From positions 99,468-163,467 of the forward strand of contig JAJYUZ010000004.1 of assembly GCA_021792255.1 (NCBI GenBank): a stretch of DNA of 64,000 nucleotides, read 5' to 3'. The translations under genes and the position numbers were made by a program. The stretch comes from Thermoplasmata archaeon (lineage in GTDB: Archaea > Thermoplasmatota > Thermoplasmata > Thermoplasmatales > GCA-001856825). The notes below the pieces were generated by a model, which saw only the letters and a list, made by a program, of their open reading frames with translations, ran no database searches and was not told where the DNA came from. Numbering within the stretch: the stretch's first letter is position 1; each line of letters begins with the position of its first letter. Positions 20,396-30,293 of this stretch are shown here, piece by piece.

Positions 20396-20574
20396 CAAAT
20401 GTAAGCCACGAAAACTATCGGCCAGTTTGGAAAAACATGGTGAAAGGAGTCTAATCGCCGAATCCACTTTACTATTCTAGGTGTGCTAAACCAGTTTTTC
20501 ACACCTTTCGGTACTACCAGGTAGAGCAAAATAATCACAAAATAAATATATAGTCAAATTTAAGTGCACTTAAA

Positions 20575-21933
20575 ATGAATAGAAGACTGTTGTCGATATT
20601 GACATTTTCGGTGATTGTAGCACTGACTGTATCTGTCTTCATGTCAGCGCAATCGGCCTACGGAGCATCAGGGACTTCAACGATAGAGGTGCCTTCTCTG
20701 GTGCTTAACATCACTGCAGGAAGCAGCATCTCAACAAACTACACGGTCAAGCTGACCTCGGGAACTACGTGGGGGACAAACATTGCATATAAATCCTCTT
20801 CGGGAATATCCGCTTCGTTCAGCGTAGCGACGGGAGATCCAACATACAGCGGAGTAATGACTGTCAAGGTTTCATCATCAGTAGCGACCGGCTCATACAC
20901 GCTATCATTGTATGCAACCGGAGACGATCCGTCTAGTAACACTAACCTTACGGTCAACGTGGCTGCTCCCGCAGTAGCAAAAGGAACCTCGACCATAGAG
21001 CTATCTTCCTCGAGTCTGGACGTGACTGCAGGAACGAGCGCAACCACTGACTATGTCGTGAGTTTATCATCAGGAACTGCAGGGCAGACGAGCATTTCGT
21101 ACGAATCACACAGCGGCATATCGGCCACCTTCAGCGTCCCTTCTGGAGTTCCGAATTTCAATGGCACGATGACTGTTTCAGTTGCTTCATCCGTAGCAGC
21201 TGGATCATACACCCTCTCGCTTAATGCCACTGGTTCTGACCCAGCGGGTCAAACCAATCTTACGGTCAAAGTGGCTGCACCAGCGGTCACAAAGGAAGTC
21301 ATATTGCACTCTGAAAAGACCATCCAGGTCGATGCCAAATCAAGCAATTCTTACTCGGTTAGCGTAACCTCTCCCGGATCCTACAACCTCACCGTACTGA
21401 TAGCTCCAGGCACCTACGCAAAGATTAACAACACGATGGAATCAGTTTACAACTTCACACTTGCGACGTTTAACGAGAACTCCAGTTTCCCTTCTCCATC
21501 ATCCAATTTCACGGTCCAATTCTTTTTCGTATTTGAGGTAAACCATCTGGTGACGGGGCATATAATGTTCGTCAACTCAAGTGGAGACGCTGTACCGGTA
21601 ATGACAGAGATTAACTCTCCTTCAAACTGGACCAGCTATACCTTCTTGGGAGGAGGGCTAATAAACAACGGAAGTGCTTACAATTATGCAAACGGAACCT
21701 ATGCATTCGCGAATACCTGGACTTTCAACAGCACATCGAAGGAACTTGTAAATGACCAGTTCGTTAGCCCGGTTCCATGGGTATTCCTAGAGCAGGCCGG
21801 GCACAAGCTTACTCCATCGACCAACTATGGCTCATCTACCACTATTTACCTGGTAATTTCAGTGATAGTCGTTGTAGCAATAATCGGAGTGGTCCTCGGC
21901 ACGCGATTCAGCAAGAACAAGGATAAGAAGTGA
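20575..21933 (+). CDS. cell-surface glycoprotein with two tandem ~104-aa Ig-like repeats and a C-terminal TM anchor
   Basis: signal peptide, repeats starting GTSTIE at 20671 and 20983, many NxS/T sequons, TM plus basic tail. Confidence 0.85.
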   Translation: MNRRLLSILTFSVIVALTVSVFMSAQSAYGASGTSTIEVPSLVLNITAGSSISTNYTVKLTSGTTWGTNIAYKSSSGISASFSVATGDPTYSGVMTVKVSSSVATGSYTLSLYATGDDPSSNTNLTVNVAAPAVAKGTSTIELSSSSLDVTAGTSATTDYVVSLSSGTAGQTSISYESHSGISATFSVPSGVPNFNGTMTVSVASSVAAGSYTLSLNATGSDPAGQTNLTVKVAAPAVTKEVILHSEKTIQVDAKSSNSYSVSVTSPGSYNLTVLIAPGTYAKINNTMESVYNFTLATFNENSSFPSPSSNFTVQFFFVFEVNHLVTGHIMFVNSSGDAVPVMTEINSPSNWTSYTFLGGGLINNGSAYNYANGTYAFANTWTFNSTSKELVNDQFVSPVPWVFLEQAGHKLTPSTNYGSSTTIYLVISVIVVVAIIGVVLGTRFSKNKDKK

Positions 21934-22310
21934 CTTGTGTACCGGAATTAATTTCTAATGATTTTTTTTATTACTTTTTCATTTTACTCATTTATTCTCT
22001 TTTTGCTGAATTGATTCAATAAATCACCTAGAGATGTCAGAAACATCTCATCCGTATTCCGTAAGGAACATAACGTTCGGCTGATTTTCGAAGATTACTT
22101 GAGGACATTCCTACCAAGGTCTATAGGTCAAATGGTGTGATTTTGATTTTGTTACTTGCCAACAGCTGTCCGCTTCACAAAATACATAATAGACTTAGCG
22201 GTAGTCACTACGGAAAATCCGATTGCTTTTTTAAAAGATCTGTCCTGTGGACGAGAAGTTTTAGAAGAAATCAGCGAAATTTAATGTCGGTACATTAATC
22301 CGATATCCAA

Positions 22311-22383
22311 TGGGCTCGGCCGGATTTGAACCGGCGGCCTTCGCTGTGTGAGAGCGATGTCATAACCACTAGACCACGAGCCC
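22311..22383 (-). tRNA. tRNA-Val(CAC)
   Basis: GGGCTCGTGGTCTAGTGG...TCGCT-CTCACAC-AGCGA...GGTTCAAATCCGGCCGAGCCCA. Confidence 0.95.
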
Positions 22384-22519
22384 CGAGGTTAATTTTCTTG
22401 ACGGTTATTACTTTTGCTTCTATTAATAAGATGTCTCATCTAACGTCACACTGTGACTTTATCCTCTTTAACCCGAGTCTACTGAACATATGGTTCGATG
22501 AGATTTTGAAGTGATATAT

Positions 22520-22888
22520 CACCATTTTGATCCTGTTGACACATCCTAATTCCTCTTCACGACAACTCAGATATATCCACAATCCAATATGTCCTTTAGG
22601 GTTGCGAATGTTCTCTCAATTTCCATTCTCGTGAATGTCTCTAAGATTCATTCTTTCTTATTTCTATTCCGTCATTCCTTTCATTTGAGAGCCTTTCCTC
22701 GACTATTCTTCTTCTCTTTTTGGGTCTATGACAAGGAAGGATTTTGTGCTCTTGAATTCATAATCATTTATGTCAGAGGAATCGTAAGTTGCATCAATCA
22801 TAACGTGTTCATGTTCACCAAGTGAGTCCATGAGAGGGAAGGCCATGTTTTGGTCGAATGGTGATGCAGCCTTAACCACATACTCATC
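22520..22888 (-). pseudogene. decayed IS4/IS5-like DDE transposase fragment
   Basis: fragments VMIDATYDSSDI..LVIDPK, KRRRIVEERLS, RMEIERTFATLKDIL..I*VV with stops and frameshifts. Confidence 0.7.
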
Positions 22889-22944
22889 TGTTGAAATTTA
22901 ATCCGTCTCACAAGTGGTGATAGTCTTTTATCAACCTTGCGATC

Positions 22945-23949
22945 ATGATGAGATTGAACGACTATTCTCTGACAAACTACACCTTCGATCTACCAAAGGA
23001 TCTTATAAGGCAGGTGCCCCCAGAAGATAGGACAAGCTGCAGACTGATGATTATTGACAATAAGAAAATCCATCACTCCAATTTCCAAGAAATACCGAAG
23101 ATTTTGAAAAAAGGTGATGTCATTGTTCTGAACAAGACCAGGGTAAGGAAGTCACTCGTTTTTGGAAGAAAAATCACGGGTGGAAAACTCGAGATCAATT
23201 TCCTGAAGAAGCAACAGAACGGATTTTCAGCTCTGATTAAGGGAAGGATCAAAGACGGAGACACTTTTGAAATTGGAAACAAGGTAGTCAAGGTTGGTTC
23301 TGATGCAGAAGGATTTAGAACTATTGAAGGAGAAGTTGACTGGAATTTTATCGAGAAAATAGGCCACCTCCCCCTTCCGCCCTATATCAAAGAGAGAAAA
23401 GACTATCAGTATTACCAGAATGAAATAGGTATCCAAACGGGCTCCATCGCAGCCCCTACAGCCAGTCTTCACTTCAGCAAAGAGATGCTGGATTCGTTGA
23501 CAAAAAAAGGGGTAAAAGTTAATTATGTTCTTCTCGAGGTGGGATATGGAACCTATAAAGAGATCAAAGACGAAAACATCAGAAACCACATAGTAGATGA
23601 AGAGAATATCGAAGTCTCCAGAGACGTCGTGGCGGACATTGAAAGCGCAAGAGGGAATGTCCTCGCTGTAGGAACTACGGTAATGAGGGCCTTGGAAACG
23701 TCTTCTTATCCGGGCAGAATGAATCCCTACAAAGGACTCACTAGAATTTTCATATATCCGGGATGGAAATTCAACTCACCCGTGACACATCTCGTCACAA
23801 ATTTTCACATTCCGAGAAGTTCGCTCCTTTCCCTAGTCTATGCATTCGGTGGAGAAGAGAGAATCAAAGAGGCGTACAGAGAAGCGATAGAAGAACGGTA
23901 CTACTTTTACAGCCTCGGGGATGCAATGATGATGGATAAATCCCCCTAA
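22945..23949 (+). CDS. queA: S-adenosylmethionine:tRNA ribosyltransferase-isomerase
   Basis: FDLPKDLI.Q.P, GHLPLPPYIK, GSIAAPTASLHF, VGTTVMRALET, TNFHIPRSSL, FYSLGDAM. Confidence 0.95.
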   Translation: MMRLNDYSLTNYTFDLPKDLIRQVPPEDRTSCRLMIIDNKKIHHSNFQEIPKILKKGDVIVLNKTRVRKSLVFGRKITGGKLEINFLKKQQNGFSALIKGRIKDGDTFEIGNKVVKVGSDAEGFRTIEGEVDWNFIEKIGHLPLPPYIKERKDYQYYQNEIGIQTGSIAAPTASLHFSKEMLDSLTKKGVKVNYVLLEVGYGTYKEIKDENIRNHIVDEENIEVSRDVVADIESARGNVLAVGTTVMRALETSSYPGRMNPYKGLTRIFIYPGWKFNSPVTHLVTNFHIPRSSLLSLVYAFGGEERIKEAYREAIEERYYFYSLGDAMMMDKSP

Positions 23950-24311
23950 TTCTTTGCGTTTCCTTTCTGGTAGAGCTTGTTTATTTCTTCGGTTATGGTC
24001 TTTAACTTTGAGTTCAGTTGATTAACTTGTTCCTTTATGGTCTTCAATCGCATCTCAGCGATCTCCACATCCTCTTCTATTTCCTTCTTAAAGGAGTCCA
24101 CGTCCTTGACCCTTACTAAGATGGATCCTACTCCCCTGTAAATCTCATCGTCTGAGTTTGATTTGTTGAGATAATCAAGAGTTTTCTTGTCTTCTCTGGA
24201 CTTGACTTCATATTGATACTGCTGAGCAAGGAGAGTTTCGAGTTGCTTTTGAACCGTTTCTGCCTGTTTCATCTGGTCCTGTACATACGGCCCTAGGTTT
24301 AAATCGACCAT
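23946..24311 (-). CDS. pfdB: prefoldin beta subunit
   Basis: coiled coil - IYRGVGSILV hairpin - coiled coil, 121 aa. Confidence 0.9.
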   Translation of the reverse strand: MVDLNLGPYVQDQMKQAETVQKQLETLLAQQYQYEVKSREDKKTLDYLNKSNSDDEIYRGVGSILVRVKDVDSFKKEIEEDVEIAEMRLKTIKEQVNQLNSKLKTITEEINKLYQKGNAKN

Positions 24312-24428
24312 CTTTTCTTAAATGTATAATGGATAATAAACTATTTCTGACCTATAAGCATAATTCGTTTGATTTTGAATACAGAATAGAAAATGCTAAT
24401 ATTCCTAATTCTGTATAATGAACTCATC

Positions 24429-26282
24429 ATGTATGGAGTTAATGGAAAGGTCCTCTGGGTCAATCTTAGTGACCGGACATTCAAAGAGGAAGAGATTGCC
24501 GAGGACGTATACAGAAAGTACCTTACGGGTTATGGATTGGGAGTTTATATTCTGAACAGAGAGATGTCAGGGAAGGAAGATCCGCTGGGCCCGGATAATA
24601 TTCTAGGAGTAATGACGGGGATCTTTAATAGTCACGGCGTTCCCTTAGGTGGACGACTGGAAATCGTAGCCAAGTCACCGGCAACAGGTACATGGGGCGA
24701 TTCAAACTGTGGAGGAAAATTTGGACCCGAGCTTAAGAACGCTGGATTTGATGCGGTCTTCTTTAGGGGGATATCAAGTGATCCCGTCTATCTGAAGATA
24801 GTAGACGGAAAATATTCGCTAGAAAGTGCCCAGGAAATCTGGGGCAAAGACGCATACGAGACTGAGGATTATCTCAGGAAAATTGAGCCAAAGGGGCAGG
24901 CTCTTGTGATTGGTGTTCCTGCGGAGAAAAAGCTGCTGATATCGTCAATCATGAATGATTACGGGAGGGCAGCAGGGAGATCAGGATTGGGCGCGGTAAT
25001 GGGTTCGAAGAGGGTGAAGGGTGTTCTTGTCAGGGGATCTAGGAAGGCATATCCCTACGACAGAGAAATGTTGACACAGACGAACAAGGAAATTCAGATC
25101 CTGTTCAACAAAAATATTGAATTAGCAAGACCTTGGCAACTCTTCGGTACTACTTCGATAACGGAGCCGGGCCATCTGAATGGAGACACTCCGATCAAGA
25201 ACTGGGCCGGAGTTGGGCTGACAGACTTCGGAGAAGACAACGCAAAGAAAATCAGCGGCGAAGAGATCGCGAAGGATAAAATTAGGTCGTACGGTTGCGC
25301 TCAGTGCACCCTAGCGTGCGGCGGCCACGTCAAAAGAAACACCAAGTACGGTCCCCTTGAAGGGCACAGGTTGGAGTATGAAGGAACGGGATCGTTTGGT
25401 GGTCTTAACCTCAACTCTGACTTGGATGCGATGTCTATGGCGTTTGAGCTGTGTAATAGGGCGGGGTTGGATATAATCTCAGCTGGAGCGGTCATCGCCT
25501 TCACTAACGAATGCTCTGAAAAGGGGATCCTGACAGAGAAAGACACTGGATTCCGCATTGGTTTCGGTGATCCAGATGCTATGATAGAGATGGTCAAACG
25601 GTTAGCAACAGGAGAAGGAATCTGGGCCGTTCTAGGAATGGGTGCCGAAATGGCTTCTAAGAAAATCGGGAAAGGGAGCGAGAAGTTTGCTATGCACGTT
25701 CACGGACAGGATCTCCCGATGCACGATCCAAAGCTAATGCCAAGTCTTGCGACCACCTATTTGGCCGATCCTACTCCCGGAAGACATACTGCAGGCGGGA
25801 TTGGGTTTGACGAAGGTGGATCTCTGACCCTGCCATTTGAATACCCAGATTCGGGGACGAAGATAGATAGATACACTATTGAAGGAAAAGGGAGAATACA
25901 GTCTCTGTCCGTGTACGGAATGCAGGTCATGAATGCAACAGGAATGTGTCAGTTTTCTACGGCAGTATGGCCCAACGCTTACCCCTACGTCAGACTCTTT
26001 AAGGCGATAATGGGTTGGGACATGACCCCTGACGAATTGATGCAGGTGGGAAAGAGAATACAGGTTGCAAGACACCTTTTCAACTATAAGGCAGGGGTAA
26101 ACGTAAGGGGAATCAGTCCGCAGGGAAGGATGATCGGAAATCCCCCACTGGAAGATGGACCAACAGGCGGTATCACAATAGACTATGACACTTTGGTCAA
26201 GGAGTACCTAGAAGAGATCGGCATAGGAAGAGACGGAAGACCTACGGATCAAGTTCTGGAGAATCTTGGGATCGAAGGATGA
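24429..26282 (+). CDS. aor: tungsten aldehyde:ferredoxin oxidoreductase family protein
   Basis: AKSPATG, GRAAGRSGLGAVMGSK, CxxCxxxC, LEYE, GLDIIS, HDPK; start MYGVNGK at 24429. Confidence 0.93.
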   Translation: MYGVNGKVLWVNLSDRTFKEEEIAEDVYRKYLTGYGLGVYILNREMSGKEDPLGPDNILGVMTGIFNSHGVPLGGRLEIVAKSPATGTWGDSNCGGKFGPELKNAGFDAVFFRGISSDPVYLKIVDGKYSLESAQEIWGKDAYETEDYLRKIEPKGQALVIGVPAEKKLLISSIMNDYGRAAGRSGLGAVMGSKRVKGVLVRGSRKAYPYDREMLTQTNKEIQILFNKNIELARPWQLFGTTSITEPGHLNGDTPIKNWAGVGLTDFGEDNAKKISGEEIAKDKIRSYGCAQCTLACGGHVKRNTKYGPLEGHRLEYEGTGSFGGLNLNSDLDAMSMAFELCNRAGLDIISAGAVIAFTNECSEKGILTEKDTGFRIGFGDPDAMIEMVKRLATGEGIWAVLGMGAEMASKKIGKGSEKFAMHVHGQDLPMHDPKLMPSLATTYLADPTPGRHTAGGIGFDEGGSLTLPFEYPDSGTKIDRYTIEGKGRIQSLSVYGMQVMNATGMCQFSTAVWPNAYPYVRLFKAIMGWDMTPDELMQVGKRIQVARHLFNYKAGVNVRGISPQGRMIGNPPLEDGPTGGITIDYDTLVKEYLEEIGIGRDGRPTDQVLENLGIEG

Positions 26283-26347
26283 TGGAGTGAGATAGCCAAA
26301 CAAAGTTGTCTGAACGCTACTCCGAAGATATCTTTCTGGTTCTGTTC

Positions 26348-27136
26348 TCACAGGAACAGTTCCTTCTGGTGTTTCACCTTGTGGTAATTGAAGATGGGTC
26401 CATCTTCGCACGAGTAGAATTCTCCGACATTGCAATGACCGCAGACTCCAATTCCGCATTCCATTCGCCTCTCTAATGACAGAAATATGTTCTCTTCCCT
26501 GTAGCCAAGGTTCAGAGCCTCTTTCACCACGTTCTTCATCATGAGAGGGGGACCCACTATGAATACCCCGGCGCTCTTGCTGACCTCGGCATCTTTCATT
26601 ATTGAGGTCACTAGTCCAACTCTTCCGGTCCAGTTCTCGTCTCCACTGTCGACAGTCAAATGAACGTTAACCTTCTTCATCCAGCGCTCGATTTCAGTTT
26701 TGTAGATGATGTCTTCTGGTGTTTTTGCACCGTAAAGTACCTCCAGTTTTCTGCCTTTTCCAGAGTCGTTAATCTCTTCAATCAGGCTCCTGACCGGCGG
26801 TATTCCAATACCTCCCGTTACAGCCAAGATTTCTTCATATTCCTTCCAGGGCCATTTTGTTCCATATGGCCCCCTCACTCCCATTGTATCAATTTTGTTC
26901 ATGTGTGAGGTTACGGATCCCACATTCCTTATGGTGAACAACGTGTTTCTGCCAAACCCAGATGCGACAGAGATCGGTGCCTCCCCTACACCCGGTACAG
27001 AAACCATGAAGAATTGGCCAGACCTGCCATCACCCCTCGAATTTATCTCTATGGTATGAACTCCCGGTGCTTCATCGGTCCTTCTAACTATCCGCATATA
27101 GGAGGGTAGATACTCATTCTTCAGAATAGTCGTCAG
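26348..27136 (-). CDS. FAD/NAD(P)-binding 2Fe-2S subunit, sulfhydrogenase gamma/AsrB-like
   Basis: GQFFM..PGVGEAPIS, RGPYG, GGIGIPP, ERRMECGIGVCGHC...C.DGP; first ATG at 27097, probable CTG start at 27136. Confidence 0.88.
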   Translation of the reverse strand: MTTILKNEYLPSYMRIVRRTDEAPGVHTIEINSRGDGRSGQFFMVSVPGVGEAPISVASGFGRNTLFTIRNVGSVTSHMNKIDTMGVRGPYGTKWPWKEYEEILAVTGGIGIPPVRSLIEEINDSGKGRKLEVLYGAKTPEDIIYKTEIERWMKKVNVHLTVDSGDENWTGRVGLVTSIMKDAEVSKSAGVFIVGPPLMMKNVVKEALNLGYREENIFLSLERRMECGIGVCGHCNVGEFYSCEDGPIFNYHKVKHQKELFL

Positions 27137-28031
27137 TAATCACCTCCTTAATGTCTATGTCAACGGGACAGTCCTCGACACATCTGTTGCATCCGGTACA
27201 CAGGTAGGCGTCTTGGGATTTCTTAAAGTAGACAAATTTGTGATAGAATCTCTGCCTGAGTCTTTCATTCAGTTCTTTTCTGACATTTCCAGCCGATGAC
27301 GAGGTGAATCCCGAGAGGATACACGAATCCCACTCCCTCCTTCGTTCATCGTGGTCATCGTACAGGTCAAAACAGTAGCAAGTTGGACAGGAAAAATTGC
27401 ACGCCCCGCAAGAAATGCATCTAGAAGCAAATTTCTTCCAAAGCGGAGTTTCCCACTTCATTCTGTTCTCTATTCCGTCAACTGGTAGCAGGCTCATTTC
27501 CGAATTGAAACGCTCTCTAAACTCTGCAAAAACGGAATCATCCTCTTTTTTGAAGGAATCGAAATACTTCTTGTAACGTTCCGAGACCATTACGTGGTAC
27601 CGTTCTCCCAGTTTCAGTATTTGCAGGTCGTAATCTTCGAGAACGGGCCCCCCAAACGAAGAACAGAAACCCCCGTCACACGGTTCGTTGCAGACAAAAT
27701 TGACAAAGAAAGTCTTCTTCCTTTTCTCCGTGTAAAATGGGTCTTTGCCCAGAACCTGTTTATCCATAAGGTAAAACCCTTTGAGGTCACAGCTCTTGAT
27801 TCCGAAGATCGCTTTTTTTTCCTGTTCTTGAAGCAAGAGAACATTCTCGTTTCTGGTGAAGAGGAATTCTTTTGGTGCATATCTCGATCTTCTTTCCGAT
27901 ATCTGGTTGAAGTCTTCAACGCGATCAAATACGATTTCTCCTTCTTTTTCTACCGTTCCATAGGTTTCGAAGTCCTTTGAAATTTTAAGGAATACATTTC
28001 TCATCTCCTCGCCAGTCAAGAGATAGTTCAA
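27114..28031 (-). CDS. 4Fe-4S subunit, sulfhydrogenase beta/AsrA-like
   Basis: FGIKSCD, CISCGACNFSCPTCYCF, WDSC, RQRFYHKF, CTGCNRCVEDCP. Confidence 0.9.
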   Translation of the reverse strand: MNYLLTGEEMRNVFLKISKDFETYGTVEKEGEIVFDRVEDFNQISERRSRYAPKEFLFTRNENVLLLQEQEKKAIFGIKSCDLKGFYLMDKQVLGKDPFYTEKRKKTFFVNFVCNEPCDGGFCSSFGGPVLEDYDLQILKLGERYHVMVSERYKKYFDSFKKEDDSVFAEFRERFNSEMSLLPVDGIENRMKWETPLWKKFASRCISCGACNFSCPTCYCFDLYDDHDERRREWDSCILSGFTSSSAGNVRKELNERLRQRFYHKFVYFKKSQDAYLCTGCNRCVEDCPVDIDIKEVITDDYSEE

Positions 28032-30049
28032 ACGACCAACCTCACTGCAACGACCTTGTACTCTGGCATTTTTGAAAGCGGGTCGAGACTCTTTCCAACC
28101 AGTCGATTCACTCTCGACTCGTCGAAATGAAAGGGAACGAAAATTATTCCAGACGGAATCTTGTCCGTCAGAATAGCTTTGGTTTCTATGGAACCATGTC
28201 TCGACTCGATTGTTATGTTCTGAGAATTTCGTATTCCGAGTTTTTTTGCATCATCTACGTTTATTTCTGCGTAAGATGAAGGAGACTCCCTCTGTAAGAT
28301 ATCAGTTTTCCTAGTCATTGTTCCGGAGTGCCAGTGGTAGTAGTTTCTACCGGTGGTCATTATGAAATTGTATTTTGCGTCGACCATTTCAGCCGGCGGT
28401 CCGTAGGCAATTGGTACCAATTTTGCCCTACCTATAGGAAATGTACTTCCGTGCAGAACCTCTGTTCCTTCTGGATTGGCCGAGTCGATTGGCCATTGTT
28501 TCCCATTCGGATAGATATTCTCATAGGTAGCGCCTGAATAGCTTGGAACTACTCTGCAAATTTCCTCAAAAATCTCTTTAGGAGAAGAATAATCTTTTGT
28601 GCCGGCAACTCTCTTCCCAATTTCATTGAGTATCCACCAATCTGGCATCGCTTCTCCAGGACAGTCGTATACCTTGTTCACTTTCTGAATCCTTCTCTCA
28701 GTGTTTGTAAATGTTCCTTCCTTTTCTAGAGATGTTGCCGCGGGAAGGACGATGTCTGCGACGCCTGCAGTAAGTGTCATGAAAATGTCCTGTACAACTA
28801 ACAATTCTAGGTTATCAATTCCCTTCTCCACATCACTTACTGCAGCTTCCGTGACTAGGGGATTCTCCCCCATTACGTACATCGCTCTTATCTTTCCATC
28901 CGAGGCTGCATCGAACATTTCGGAGAGAGTCAGTCCCTTTTTCCTTGGCAAATCTTTTTTCCATACATTCTCAAGATCACTGACCTTTGGAGAATCTACC
29001 GGTACGTAGCCAGGGTACCACTCAGACAGCGCACCCATATCCGATGAGCCCTGTACGTTGTTCTGTCCTCTTAGAGGAAATATTCCAGATCCTCTCACTC
29101 CAACATTTCCTGTAATGAGGGAGAGGTTGGAGACTGACATTACATTCTCAGTACCGTGAATGTGCTGAGTTATCCCCATTGCGTATAGAATGGAAGTGGG
29201 TTTTTCTTTGGCAATCATCACCGCTGCTTCTCTTATTGCGTCCGGTTTCACTCCAGTAATGCTCTCGGTGATTTCGGGGGAATATTTTTCGATCTCCCTT
29301 TCTAATTCTTCGAATCCCTGCGTTCTTCCTTTGATGAATTCCTCGTCCTCCAGATGTTCCTTTAGAATTACAAACATCAATGAATTGAGAAGAGCCGTAT
29401 CCGTCCCAGGCTTAAATCGAAGGTGTATGGTGGCTATCTCTGCCAGCTGAGTTGTTCTCGGATCAGCTACAATAAGGTTCTTTCCTCTCTTCAGTTCGTT
29501 CATTATCTTTGTCCCAATTATTGGATGCTGTTCCGTCGTGTTCGATCCTATGACGAAAAACGTTCTCGAATCTTCCAGACTCTTGATCGATCCAGTAGCC
29601 GCACCTGCCCCTAGCGTCGTAATCAATCCCAGGGCGGTCGGGCTGTGACAACTCCTAGCACAGTGGTCTACGTTGTTGGTTCCGGTCATCCTGGCAATTT
29701 TCTGCATTAGAAAATTTTCTTCGTTGGTGGACTTTGCAGAAGATAGGAATGCGACGGAGTCGGGACCGTATTTATTTACAATATCCGTCAACCTGCGGGA
29801 TGTCTCTTCTATCGCACTGTCCCACGATGCCCGAACGAATCCCTCTCCTCTCTTAACAAATGGGTACTTCAGTCTCTCCCTTGAAAAATTGTACGACAAC
29901 CCAGAACTTCCTTTGATGCAGAGTTTTCCTTCATTCACCAGAGATTTGGAATAACCGATGACCCTTTCTCCATTTCTCAGGTCATTGACAATTATTTGGC
30001 ATCCGGTTCCACAGTAAGGGCAAACTGTTAAGGCCGCCACTCGTACCAC
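28028..30049 (-). CDS. fdhF: Mo/W-bisPGD formate dehydrogenase alpha subunit (Cys-type)
   Basis: CPYCGTGC...LCIKG, DHCARSCH, PLRGQNNVQG, EKEGTFTNTERR; GTG start at 30049 or 30040 downstream of a TATA box at ~30061-30068. Confidence 0.93.
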   Translation of the reverse strand: MVRVAALTVCPYCGTGCQIIVNDLRNGERVIGYSKSLVNEGKLCIKGSSGLSYNFSRERLKYPFVKRGEGFVRASWDSAIEETSRRLTDIVNKYGPDSVAFLSSAKSTNEENFLMQKIARMTGTNNVDHCARSCHSPTALGLITTLGAGAATGSIKSLEDSRTFFVIGSNTTEQHPIIGTKIMNELKRGKNLIVADPRTTQLAEIATIHLRFKPGTDTALLNSLMFVILKEHLEDEEFIKGRTQGFEELEREIEKYSPEITESITGVKPDAIREAAVMIAKEKPTSILYAMGITQHIHGTENVMSVSNLSLITGNVGVRGSGIFPLRGQNNVQGSSDMGALSEWYPGYVPVDSPKVSDLENVWKKDLPRKKGLTLSEMFDAASDGKIRAMYVMGENPLVTEAAVSDVEKGIDNLELLVVQDIFMTLTAGVADIVLPAATSLEKEGTFTNTERRIQKVNKVYDCPGEAMPDWWILNEIGKRVAGTKDYSSPKEIFEEICRVVPSYSGATYENIYPNGKQWPIDSANPEGTEVLHGSTFPIGRAKLVPIAYGPPAEMVDAKYNFIMTTGRNYYHWHSGTMTRKTDILQRESPSSYAEINVDDAKKLGIRNSQNITIESRHGSIETKAILTDKIPSGIIFVPFHFDESRVNRLVGKSLDPLSKMPEYKVVAVRLVV

Positions 30050-30293
30050 ATCACGCTGATTTATAAAAGCTCTGCTTGATCTCCAGCGTTTCGACACGAA
30101 TCTTGGAACAGACTCAATCACGCTCTTGAAGAAGATCAAAAAAGTGCTCGCTCAATATAGTAATTAAAATATTCTTTGATTGGAAGATAGGCTTTGGCAT
30201 CATGACTGGCTTCAGCAGTACAGATTGTAACCAAAAAAATTAACCAAAGTTAAAACTTGATAACATATTAATAACCATACATTATGTTAAAGA

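Noticed and set aside
28028-30049. Selenocysteine in formate dehydrogenase
   Set aside because: Active-site residue is Cys (ARSCH) and there is no in-frame TGA
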